Source of the DNA: Candidatus Sericytochromatia bacterium | GTDB lineage: Bacteria; Cyanobacteriota; Sericytochromatia; S15B-MN24; VGJW01 | Assembly (NCBI GenBank): GCA_035285865.1 | Contig: JAYKHS010000017.1 | Location: forward strand, 32,001 to 96,000 | Reading direction: 5' to 3' | Length of the DNA stretch: 64,000 nucleotides | Made by a program: the position numbers and the translations under genes | Notes under the pieces: model-generated | Databases searched by the model: none | The model's input: only the letters and a program-made list of their open reading frames with translations | What the model was told of the DNA's origin: nothing | Shown here: positions 9,070-17,728 of the stretch, in pieces | How positions within the stretch are numbered: the first letter of the stretch is position 1 | How the letters are laid out: the number at the start of each line of letters is the position of its first letter

Positions 9070-11430
9070 ATGATTGCAGTCGAGGAAGGCGTGTCTCTTC
9101 GGGTCGGGGGCGATTATCGCGTGCCCTTGGCCGCGGTCCGGCTCGGGGGCCGGATCGTGGGGCGCTGGGCGGAGCTGCGCCTCGAGCATGATTTCGAGCC
9201 CGCTCCGCGAGGGACGGCCATGGAGGCCACGTACGTCTTTCCGCTGCCTCCAGGGGCCGTCGTGACGGACTTTGCCTTCTCCGTGGCCGGCGAGGTAACG
9301 CGGGGCAAGGTGGAAGAACGCGAGAAGGCTGCCGCGAACTACCGCAAGGCAGTTCGGAAGGGGCAAAAGGCCGGGCTCGTGGAGGAGGCCCGACCCGAAG
9401 TCTTCACCCTGGTGCTCGGCAATCTCTCACCTGAGGCCGGAACCCGGGTCGAACTCACGCTCCTGGTACCGCTAGAACCGCGGGAGGGCATCCTGCGCTG
9501 GCGCATTCCGACCCTCATGGCCCCGCGCTACGGGGCTGTCGGTGAGGGTGCGGGCTCCGCAGCGGGCGTGCCTGCCCTTCGCCACGAGGCCTCGGTGCCC
9601 TATCGTCTGACGATCGATCTCGCGGTGCCCTGGACGCGCGGACTCGAGGTGGACAGCCCCAGCCACGAGCTCCTGGTGCGGCGCGAGGGCGACGTGGTGC
9701 GCATCGGCTTCGATGGGCCGGGCGTGCCGTTGGACCGGGATCTGGTCCTGGACATCTGCACACCGGACGAACCCGTCATGTCCTGGATGCATGCCGAATC
9801 GACAGCCGGTCAGGGCGTGCTGGCCGTGATGGCCATGCCCGACATGGCCCGGCTGTATCCGGAGACGGCTGCTCGACCGCTCGACGTGGTGTTCCTGCTG
9901 GATCGCTCGGGGTCGATGGGCGGCACGGCGATATCCGAGGCTCGTCGGGCGTTGCGCCTGTGCCTGCGTCAGCTCAGGCCCGGCGATCGCGTGGGCATCC
10001 TGGCCTTCGACGACAGCCTGGAGAGCTTCGCGAAAGAGTTGGTACCCTTCGGCCAGGACTTGCTCGAGCGGGCAGACCGGTGGATCGAGGGCGTCGATGC
10101 ACGCGGCGGCACGGACCTGCACCGTGCGCTCGAGGCTGCCTACAGGCTGGCTCCGGATGCGGTGCACGTCCTGCTTACCGATGCCGAAGTCTGGGGCGAG
10201 GACGAACTGCTCCGTCTCGTGGACGGCTTCCGGTCCGGCGGTGCCAAGGCACGCCTGCACGCCTTCGGGATCGGGACAAATGTCGTGATGGGCCTGCTGG
10301 AGCGTCTGGCTCGGGCGACCGCCGGGGACGCGGTGGGCATCGTGCCTGGCGAATCCATCGACGACAAGGTGGCGGGCCAGTTCGCGTCGATCATGGCCGT
10401 GCGCCTCGAGGAGGTCTCGCTGGTCCTCGAGGGCGGCAAGCTGGCGGAGACCCTGCCGGTCCATCTGCCGCCCCTCATCGACGGCGTGCCTTGGCATGTT
10501 CTGGTCCGCTTCAAGGGCAAGGGACCGATGGTCCTGCACCTGACGGCCCGTGGCGAGGCCGGCGAGATTCGGCAGGCCTTCCCGTTGTCTGCCGGGGATG
10601 ACGAGGATCAGGCGCGTCCGGACCTGATGCGCCTCTGGGCTCGCGAGCGGGTCCTCACGGCGCTTCGCGAACCCTTGGACAAAGCGGCCCGGCGTCAATG
10701 GTCCGCGTTCGCCGTCACGCATCAGGCCATGACGCCGCTGACAAGCTGGATTGCCGTGGATCGCAAGGGCAAGAAGGTCTCGGGCCATTCCGTCCGGGTC
10801 GATGTGCCCCTGGCCTACCCGGCCGAGTGGGAGATGGAAGACGGGAATCCGCCGCCCGTGTATTCCGCCCTGACGAACTCCAGTCTGGATGTGGCCGAGG
10901 ACTCCGGGGACGTCTTGTACTTCGAAACAGGGTCGGTTCCGTATTTCTGGCAGGAACCCCCTGCACCCTCGGCTCAGGCCGCAGCCTCGTCGCGGTCTGC
11001 TGCCGACTGGCAGCCCCTGCTCCTGCGGCAGCAGGCGGACGGCCAGTGGGGCGACGTGCACGCGACCCTCGTCGCACTGGTCGAGCTGGCTCCCTGGGTC
11101 GAGACCGAGGCCCAGATCCGGGCCGCGTTCCGACGTGCCATGCCTGGCCTGCTGGACCGTGTCGAGGCCGGCCTTGAGGCCGTACTGTCGCGCCTCGTGC
11201 TGGCTCTGGCCCGGACGCTCGGCTTGGAGCGCCGAAGGGTGGGGGCTTTGGTGGCACGCTTGCTGCCGCCGGCGGATCACGAAGCGTTGGTGCGTCGCGT
11301 CCTTGCGGATGCCGCGGATCCGGACGCGGTGGCTCTGGCTTCCAGCCTGCCGGGGAAGAAGGATCTCGGCGGCGAGCATCTGGCCGCTCCGCTGCTGGCC
11401 GAGATGGCCCGGTTCCTTCCGTCGACGTGA
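9070..11430 (+). CDS. VIT + von Willebrand factor A domain protein
   Basis: EATYVFPLP / GKVEEREKA VIT motifs; DRSGSM MIDAS, GGTDL, LLTD, FGIG; C-terminal QQADGQW helical motif; GGAGG SD. Confidence 0.9.
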   Translation: MIAVEEGVSLRVGGDYRVPLAAVRLGGRIVGRWAELRLEHDFEPAPRGTAMEATYVFPLPPGAVVTDFAFSVAGEVTRGKVEEREKAAANYRKAVRKGQKAGLVEEARPEVFTLVLGNLSPEAGTRVELTLLVPLEPREGILRWRIPTLMAPRYGAVGEGAGSAAGVPALRHEASVPYRLTIDLAVPWTRGLEVDSPSHELLVRREGDVVRIGFDGPGVPLDRDLVLDICTPDEPVMSWMHAESTAGQGVLAVMAMPDMARLYPETAARPLDVVFLLDRSGSMGGTAISEARRALRLCLRQLRPGDRVGILAFDDSLESFAKELVPFGQDLLERADRWIEGVDARGGTDLHRALEAAYRLAPDAVHVLLTDAEVWGEDELLRLVDGFRSGGAKARLHAFGIGTNVVMGLLERLARATAGDAVGIVPGESIDDKVAGQFASIMAVRLEEVSLVLEGGKLAETLPVHLPPLIDGVPWHVLVRFKGKGPMVLHLTARGEAGEIRQAFPLSAGDDEDQARPDLMRLWARERVLTALREPLDKAARRQWSAFAVTHQAMTPLTSWIAVDRKGKKVSGHSVRVDVPLAYPAEWEMEDGNPPPVYSALTNSSLDVAEDSGDVLYFETGSVPYFWQEPPAPSAQAAASSRSAADWQPLLLRQQADGQWGDVHATLVALVELAPWVETEAQIRAAFRRAMPGLLDRVEAGLEAVLSRLVLALARTLGLERRRVGALVARLLPPADHEALVRRVLADAADPDAVALASSLPGKKDLGGEHLAAPLLAEMARFLPST

Positions 11431-12473
11431 TCAAGTACCTGGGGTCCAAGCGTGCCCTGATGCCCGCGGTTCTCGACGCCGTCGTCGGGGACCGCGGCGC
11501 TCCGTGCACGGTGCTGGACCTGTTCTCGGGAACCTCGCGCGTCGGCCACGCCCTCAAGCGCCTCGGACACCGGGTGATCGCCAACGACCACAACGCCTAC
11601 GCCGAGGTGCTGGCACGCTGCTACGTCGGTGCGGATGCCGAGGATCACCTGGCGGACCTGCCCCCCATCATCGCCGAACTGAATGCCTTGCCCGGGGTTC
11701 CCGGCTATTTCACGGAGACGTTCTGCGCGCGCGCGCGGTTCTTCCATCCGCGCAATGGGGCCCGCATCGATGCCATAAGGACGCGCATCCGCACGATGGG
11801 GCTCGCACCCGAGCGTGAGGCCGTGCTGCTCGTGGCCCTGATGGAGGCAGCCGATCGCGTCGACTCCACCACCGGTCTCCAGATGGCCTACCTGAAGCGC
11901 TGGGCTCCGCGGGCGCTCGGAGATCTCGAGCTTCGCCCGCCCGATCTCCTGCCGCGTTCGCCACTGGGCAAGGGCGTGGCCCTGGGGCTCGAGGCGGAGC
12001 AGGCCGCCGCTGCCACCGAGGTGGACGTGGCCTATCTGGATCCGCCCTACAACCAGCATGCGTACCACGCCTACTACCACGTCTGGGAGACGCTGGTGCG
12101 CGACGATGCCCCCGAGGCCTACGGCGTGGCGTGCAAGCGCGTGGACACGCGCCAGCGTCGCAGTGCCTTCAACTCAAGGCCGCGGCACCGCGAAGCCCTC
12201 GAGGCCGCGTTGGCCGCGCTCCGTGTTCGCGATCGGGTGGTCGTGTCCTTCAATGACGAAGGCTACATGGCCCTTGCCGATCTCGAGGCCATGCTGGCGT
12301 GCCTCTGGGGTGGAACGGCCCGGGTCCATGTCCGGACCGTGGAACATGTGCGCTACATCGGAGCGCGCATCGGCATCCACGACCCCAAGGGGCGCAAGGT
12401 CGGCGAGGTCGGTCGCCTGCGCAACCACGAGCATCTCGTGATCGCCGACAGGCCCGGATCCGTCAGGGCGTGA
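11427..12473 (+). CDS. D12-class N6-adenine DNA methyltransferase (orphan)
   Basis: IKYLGSK, DLFSG (motif I), YLDPPY (motif IV); GTGA overlap with the vWA gene stop. Confidence 0.88.
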   Translation: MIKYLGSKRALMPAVLDAVVGDRGAPCTVLDLFSGTSRVGHALKRLGHRVIANDHNAYAEVLARCYVGADAEDHLADLPPIIAELNALPGVPGYFTETFCARARFFHPRNGARIDAIRTRIRTMGLAPEREAVLLVALMEAADRVDSTTGLQMAYLKRWAPRALGDLELRPPDLLPRSPLGKGVALGLEAEQAAAATEVDVAYLDPPYNQHAYHAYYHVWETLVRDDAPEAYGVACKRVDTRQRRSAFNSRPRHREALEAALAALRVRDRVVVSFNDEGYMALADLEAMLACLWGGTARVHVRTVEHVRYIGARIGIHDPKGRKVGEVGRLRNHEHLVIADRPGSVRA

Positions 12474-13869
12474 GGCCGCTGGCCCGGGCGACTGCGTCAG
12501 CGACGATGCGCGTGCCGGAAGCCAACTGATCGACGCCCAGCCACTCGTCGTCCCCGTGGATGGATTCGAGTTGTTCCTGAGCCGCGATGACGGGGATGAG
12601 CCCCACGCACGCGATCCCCAGCGGCCTCAGGCTCGCGGAGTCGGTCGTGCCGGCGGGCGTCAGCATCGGCGTGATGCGGGCTTCGGGAAGATGGGCACGG
12701 ACCGAGGCCGCGAGGCCTTCGTAGAGCGGACCCGAGGCGGGGCTGCGCGTGCCTGGTCTGTCCTGCAGCACGGAGATCTTCAGCGCGTCGTCGCCGAGCG
12801 CTTGCTCGAGCCACGCACGGGCCTCGGCAGTGCCCTGACCCGGCATCGTCCGCATGTCCACGAGGGCACTGGCCTCGCCGGGCACGACATTGACCTTGAT
12901 GCCCGCCTCGAGCACCGTGGGATTGACGGTAGGCCCGAGGGCTGCCGCGAGAGCCGGTTGCCGTGCGATCACCAGCGGTCCCAGCAGGCCGGCCATACCG
13001 GGCCAGCGCAACATCTGGAGAACCCAGGAGGCGGGCCATGCCAAGGTCGGAGCCAAGGCACCGACGAGGGCGTCGGCTTCGGGCACCAGGCCCAGGGGAC
13101 GCGGCGTGCGCTCGAGCCGGTCCAGAGCCCGGAGCAGTCGGCGCGTGGCGCTGTCCGGACGATCGACCGAGCCGTGGCCGGGTTTGCCACGGGCCGTGAC
13201 GCGCACCCAGTACGTGCCGCGCTCGGCCACCGACAGGCCGACCAGTGGCTTGCCATCGGGCGCCACCAGGCCGAAGCCCCCCTCGTTCAGGCACTCGGAG
13301 ACCTGCCGCAGATCGGGCCTGAGATCGAGCAGGCGCCGGATGCCGTGTTCGCCTCCGGCCTCTTCGTCGGCGACGGCCACCAGAAGCAGGTCCCGATCCG
13401 GCATGCGGCCGGCCCGCTTGAGACGCGCCATCGCCAGAAATTCCATGATCGTCAGGCCCTTCATGTCGAGCGTGCCGCGGCCCCATATCCGCCCCTCGCG
13501 GACCACGCCCCCGAAGGGTGGATGGCGCCACCGCCCGGCTTCCGCCGGGACCACGTCCAGATGGCTCAGCAGCATCAGCGGGCGCTGCCTGCCGCTGCCC
13601 GGCAGACGGGCGACAAGGCACGCCCGTTCCGGTGCCGTCTCGATCACCTCGGTCACGAAGCCCTCTGCCCGGCACCAGTTCGCCAGGAGCTGGGCAGCAG
13701 CGCGTTCCCGGCCAGGAGGGTTGCTGGTGTCGAGGCGGACCAGTTCGGCCAGCAGTCGGGTGGCCTCAGGATCTTCGGGTGCGTCTGGCGCAGCGCTGGC
13801 CGGTCCCGGCAGCACCAGGGCCGCCGCAATGAGGGTCGATGCCAGGCGCTTCAGGCGCTGAGGGTCCAT
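12463..13869 (-). CDS. M20/M25/M40 family metallopeptidase, exported
   Basis: DTSNPPG, SHLDVVP, GRGTLDMKG, DEEAGG, NEGG, HG.DE; signal peptide after ATG at 13869. Confidence 0.9.
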   Translation of the reverse strand: MDPQRLKRLASTLIAAALVLPGPASAAPDAPEDPEATRLLAELVRLDTSNPPGRERAAAQLLANWCRAEGFVTEVIETAPERACLVARLPGSGRQRPLMLLSHLDVVPAEAGRWRHPPFGGVVREGRIWGRGTLDMKGLTIMEFLAMARLKRAGRMPDRDLLLVAVADEEAGGEHGIRRLLDLRPDLRQVSECLNEGGFGLVAPDGKPLVGLSVAERGTYWVRVTARGKPGHGSVDRPDSATRRLLRALDRLERTPRPLGLVPEADALVGALAPTLAWPASWVLQMLRWPGMAGLLGPLVIARQPALAAALGPTVNPTVLEAGIKVNVVPGEASALVDMRTMPGQGTAEARAWLEQALGDDALKISVLQDRPGTRSPASGPLYEGLAASVRAHLPEARITPMLTPAGTTDSASLRPLGIACVGLIPVIAAQEQLESIHGDDEWLGVDQLASGTRIVADAVARASGLTP

Positions 13870-14792
13870 TGCTGGAAGTGACGGTTGACGGGGGCGACGG
13901 CCGTGACGGCCAGGGTACGCGGCCACGTGCGGTCTGCCAGAGCCTTGCGGGCCGCGGTCAGGGGCCGGAAGCCCTCTCCCAGCGGGCGGAAGAAATCGTC
14001 GTGATGCATCGGCAACAGCACGCGGGGCGCAAGCACGCCGTGAACCCGCTCCAACAGGCCTGGCGTCGCGGTCCAGCCGGCCATGCAAAGCATCAGCACG
14101 TCTGTCGGGGCCCATTGTCCGGGCATGCCAAGGACCTCGGCACTGCCCGAGTGGTGCAGGATGCGGCCGCGCCAGCGGATGCGCAGACCCAGCACGGCGT
14201 CATGGCGCCAATCCGCGAGGCGAAGCGGGGGCCGCGGTTCCTCGGCGACATCGCCTCCGACCAGCCACTGGGTGGCGATCGGAGCGTGGGCCGAGGGTAC
14301 GAAAGTCACCTCGAGGTCACCGATGACACGGGACTCGCCGGCGGCGACAGGTTCTGCCAGTTGTGCCGGCAGCCCTTGTGCACGTGCCAGCCGCAACATC
14401 CCCGGCGAGGCCAGAAGCGGCGCGCGATGGCGCATGGCGATGGGGGCCGCATCGAGGGCGTGATCGTAGTGCGCGTGACCCACCAGGAGGGCTGTGGGTC
14501 GTGGCAGCCAGCGCGCGACGCGTTCCAGGACCATGGGGTCCGGGGTCAGCGGTGCGCTGATCGTGCGCCAGAGGTTGGGGCGGCTCACGAAGGGATCGAG
14601 CAGCAGGGTGGTGGTCGGGGATTGGACGAGGAAACAGGCCGTGCCCAGCCATGTCAGGCGCAGACAGTCTGCGGGCGGAGGCTCCGGCGGGGCCTCCGGC
14701 ATCGTCTCGCGGCCGGAGTCTGCTTCCTGCCGGATCCAGTGCGGCAGCGCGACCTCTTCCGCCATCGCGGGATCAGATGTCGAGCGAGACAT
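13851..14792 (-). CDS. MBL-fold metallo-hydrolase
   Basis: LTWLGTA, LLDPF, GHAHYDHALD, PMHHDDF; alternative start at 14765. Confidence 0.85.
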   Translation of the reverse strand: MSRSTSDPAMAEEVALPHWIRQEADSGRETMPEAPPEPPPADCLRLTWLGTACFLVQSPTTTLLLDPFVSRPNLWRTISAPLTPDPMVLERVARWLPRPTALLVGHAHYDHALDAAPIAMRHRAPLLASPGMLRLARAQGLPAQLAEPVAAGESRVIGDLEVTFVPSAHAPIATQWLVGGDVAEEPRPPLRLADWRHDAVLGLRIRWRGRILHHSGSAEVLGMPGQWAPTDVLMLCMAGWTATPGLLERVHGVLAPRVLLPMHHDDFFRPLGEGFRPLTAARKALADRTWPRTLAVTAVAPVNRHFQQWTLSA

Positions 14793-15522
14793 CGGCCACG
14801 GGCCGGAAGGTCCGAAGCTCCATCCGGAAAACGACCTCGCGCGGGTCGCTCATTTCGATGGTGCGCACGTATCCGGTCCGGGCATCGATGCGAACCACCA
14901 TCGAGACGCATCCGGGAAGCAGGTGGTTGCCGCGCACTTCGAGGTAGCCGAACCCTCCTTGCTCGCCCAGGAAACGCGTCTGCGCCACGGGGTTCGACAA
15001 CATCGCCAACAGGCTCTGCAGGTCGGTCTGCGCCAAGGTGTAGCCCCGGATGGAGACCAGGCGCTTGTCCGTCAGGTCGAGGTCGATGGGGATGGCGCCC
15101 AGCAGGCCGGCTGCGCGGACCTTGATGGTGCTGCCTCCCTGCCAGAGCAGCTTGGCCCCCTTGGAGGCGCCTTCGAGGATGTGGATGCGCAACAGGCGTG
15201 GTTGCTTGCCGCGTAGGTCGTACATGCCGCGAATCTCCTCGCGTCCCGACTTCTGGAAGAAGGCGAGCAGGGACTCGTAGGCGCGGACTGCCTGATGGGT
15301 ACGCAGGACCCGTTCGGTCCACATCCGCGCGGCCGCGGGGTCTGCCGGCAGTTGTCCGGGCAGGGGCATGGGCAGCGGCATGGGCAGCGGTGCCTGGGTG
15401 GGCGTGGTCGCCGGCGGCCTGGTGGGGCTGCCGCCACCGCAGGCGCTCAGGAAGGTCAGGAGCGACAGCGCGATGGCCGCGTACCACTGGCGGGGCGCGG
15501 GCAACGGGATGGCGGGCTGCAT
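14773..15522 (-). CDS. Lipoprotein with LolA-like (DUF1571-like) fold
   Basis: Lipobox FLSAC, Pro-rich linker, beta-rich domain ending VRIDARTGYVRTIE. Confidence 0.6.
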   Translation of the reverse strand: MQPAIPLPAPRQWYAAIALSLLTFLSACGGGSPTRPPATTPTQAPLPMPLPMPLPGQLPADPAAARMWTERVLRTHQAVRAYESLLAFFQKSGREEIRGMYDLRGKQPRLLRIHILEGASKGAKLLWQGGSTIKVRAAGLLGAIPIDLDLTDKRLVSIRGYTLAQTDLQSLLAMLSNPVAQTRFLGEQGGFGYLEVRGNHLLPGCVSMVVRIDARTGYVRTIEMSDPREVVFRMELRTFRPVADVSLDI

Positions 15523-15674
15523 GGGTGTTAAGGGACCGTTTGCGAGTCTCTGGCCTTACCTTAGCAGAACATCAGGGACTGGAGAAGTGTTTCTTATCCC
15601 TTTCTTGTCCTCGTCTTGAGGGTTTCTTGGTACCCAATGCGTACGTCTGGAGACAGCTCGGTCGACAATCCGGC

Positions 15675-16343
15675 ATGAACATCCAAGGTCTCGCCAGCTC
15701 CATCTCGCGCAGCTTCGGGATTGGAAAGCCCGCCGCTGCGCCTGCTTCCAGTGGGCCGGATGCCGTGGCTCAGTCCGCCCGGGACCGCCTCCACCTGTCG
15801 CCGGGGGCCCGGGCGCAGAATCCGGTGCGCGTCCAGCGGCTGAAGGAGTGGGAGGATCTGGCCCAGTTGGTCACCGTGCTGGTCGGCACGCCCGTCACGG
15901 CCGCCATTGGCAGTGTGATCGGCGGCCTGATCGGTGGACCGCCGGGAGCCGCCGTCGGTGCCGTCATCGGTGGCAGCCTGCCGGGTGTCGGTTTTGGTGC
16001 GTACGACATCATCCAGAACGTGGTCGACCGGGTGCGCGGTGACGTGCCGGATTGGCGCCAGGCCAAGCTTGGTGCCAAGCTGATGCTCCTCGGGCCCGGG
16101 CCGGTCCTGCTGGGTGCAGCCATCGGCACGGCCGTGGGCGGTCCCTTGGGCACGGCCATCGGAGCTTTTCTGGGTGGTGGTGCCTATGTCGGGGCAATAC
16201 TCGTCGGCAACCTGTTCGGGCGCTTCTTCCGCCCCAGCCCCCCGCCGGTCGAGACGCCCGGAGAGCCCCTGCCCGTGCCGCCGCCGGACAAGGTCGAGCC
16301 CAAGCCGGAACCCCTGCCCGAGCCGCCGGCACCCGCTCCTTGA
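15675..16343 (+). CDS. Glycine-zipper membrane protein
   Basis: Two GxxxG ladders (GSVIGGLIGGPPGAAVGAVIGG; GAAIGTAVGGPLGTAIGAFLGGG) and Pro-rich tail; ATG at 15675. Confidence 0.7.
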   Translation: MNIQGLASSISRSFGIGKPAAAPASSGPDAVAQSARDRLHLSPGARAQNPVRVQRLKEWEDLAQLVTVLVGTPVTAAIGSVIGGLIGGPPGAAVGAVIGGSLPGVGFGAYDIIQNVVDRVRGDVPDWRQAKLGAKLMLLGPGPVLLGAAIGTAVGGPLGTAIGAFLGGGAYVGAILVGNLFGRFFRPSPPPVETPGEPLPVPPPDKVEPKPEPLPEPPAPAP

Positions 16344-16350
16344 TTCTGGC

Positions 16351-16956
16351 TCAGGAGCGCGGCAGCACGCCCTGCAGTTCCATGGCCTTGGTGAAGACCG
16401 ACCACGGTTGGGCACCAGCGAGGGCGCGGTTGTCCGGAAAGACGAAGGTCGGCACAGCCGTGATGCCCCAGTTCCGGGCCTGTTCGAGCGCGGCGTCCAC
16501 CTCCGCAGCCCTGCTGCCCTGATCCAGTTCCTCGGAGAGCGCGGCCGGGTCGAGGCCGATGCTTATGGCGATGTCCAGCAAGGCCTGACGTTCGCCAATG
16601 GGTCGCCCCTCGCCGAAGTAGGCCGTCAGCACCGCCCTGTGGAAGGCATCCCCCAGGCCGTGGGCTTCGGCATGAGCCGCAGCCTCATGGGCGAGGCGCG
16701 TGTTGGGCACGAGATCCGGAGGTGCATACGGCATGCCGAGGCTTTGCGTTGCTTCCTCGAGGCGAGCGCGGGCCTGCGCCAGATAAGCCGGGGGCAGGAT
16801 CTGCGACAAGGGGACGCCCTCGAGCGGGGTATCCGGTCGCAACTGGAAGGGATGCCACCTCAGGGTAACGGGGTAGCGCTGCACCAGCCGGGTCAGCCGA
16901 TCCAGGCTGACATAACACCACGGTCAGACGAAGTCCGACCAGACATCGATGATCAT
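16351..16956 (-). CDS. DsbA/FrnE-family oxidoreductase, selenoprotein (Sec at codon 11, UPWC), 201 aa
   Basis: ATG at 16956 reads MIIDVWSDFV-TGA-PWCYVSL, in frame with the tracked ORF (WHPFQLRPD, PNTRLAH, GITAVPTF, GAQP); SDxxCPWC is the canonical FrnE motif. Confidence 0.88.
16892..16911 (-). promoter_or_regulatory. Bacterial SECIS-like hairpin
   Basis: mRNA GUCAGCC-UGGAUC-GGCUGAC (7-bp stem, G-containing loop), starting 12 nt after the UGA at 16926-16924. Confidence 0.65.
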
Positions 16957-17029
16957 GGCCCCACGTGTACCGCATCATGCAAACACCCTGCAACATGCTG
17001 CTGGCAAGCTGACTCCACGGAGGTAAGCC

Positions 17030-17728
17030 ATGAGGCGTCTCCTCGTGGTCGATGACGACCCCGATCTGGCCGGGTTGCTGTCCACATTCCTCGAGCGGCA
17101 CGGTTACGCCGTCGAGGTCCGCGGTCATGGTCACGGCCTTGAGGATATCGTCGCGGCAGGCGATGCGGCGCCTGACCTGTTGTTGCTCGATGTCATGCTG
17201 CCGGGACGGGATGGCTTCACGTTGTGTCGTGACCTGCGTGAGCGGGGGTTGTCCGTGCCGATCGTGATGCTCACGGGTCGGGGCGATGACCTGGATCGCA
17301 TCCGGGGCCTCAGGCTCGGTGCCGACGACTACCTGCCCAAGCCCTTCAATCCGCACGAGTTGCTGGCACGTATCGAGGCCGTGCTGCGTCGGACGGCGTC
17401 CCCTGCCTCGGTGGCCGTCCATCCGGCTCCGGATGCACCGCAGGGCAATCGCTTCGAGGGCGATGAGCGGACCTTGTGGCTCGAGGGGAGATCCTACGTC
17501 CTGACCCCGACCGAGGCCCGCCTGATCGAAGTGATGACGGCCTCTCCAGGTCGGACCTTCACCCGGGATCAGTTGCTGGATGCTCTGGATGTCGCGGGCG
17601 CGCACGATGTCTTCGACCGGGCGATCGATGTCCAGATCAGCCGCCTCAGGGCCAAGATCGAGGACAACCCGCGCCGCCCACGGCACCTGCATACCGTGCG
17701 GGGCCTCGGCTACAGGTTCACCTGGTGA
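17030..17728 (+). CDS. OmpR/PhoB-family response regulator
   Basis: VVDDD, LLDVMLP, GADDYLPKPF, winged helix DRAIDVQISRLR, TVRGLGY. Confidence 0.95.
   Translation: MRRLLVVDDDPDLAGLLSTFLERHGYAVEVRGHGHGLEDIVAAGDAAPDLLLLDVMLPGRDGFTLCRDLRERGLSVPIVMLTGRGDDLDRIRGLRLGADDYLPKPFNPHELLARIEAVLRRTASPASVAVHPAPDAPQGNRFEGDERTLWLEGRSYVLTPTEARLIEVMTASPGRTFTRDQLLDALDVAGAHDVFDRAIDVQISRLRAKIEDNPRRPRHLHTVRGLGYRFTW

Noticed and set aside
9472..11379. 635-aa minus-strand ORF, and similar ones at 44511-46133, 55194-57242 and 60035-61855
   Set aside because: Fully overlap well-supported genes on the other strand; shadow ORFs
11427..12473. Complete restriction-modification system
   Set aside because: No adjacent endonuclease or specificity subunit
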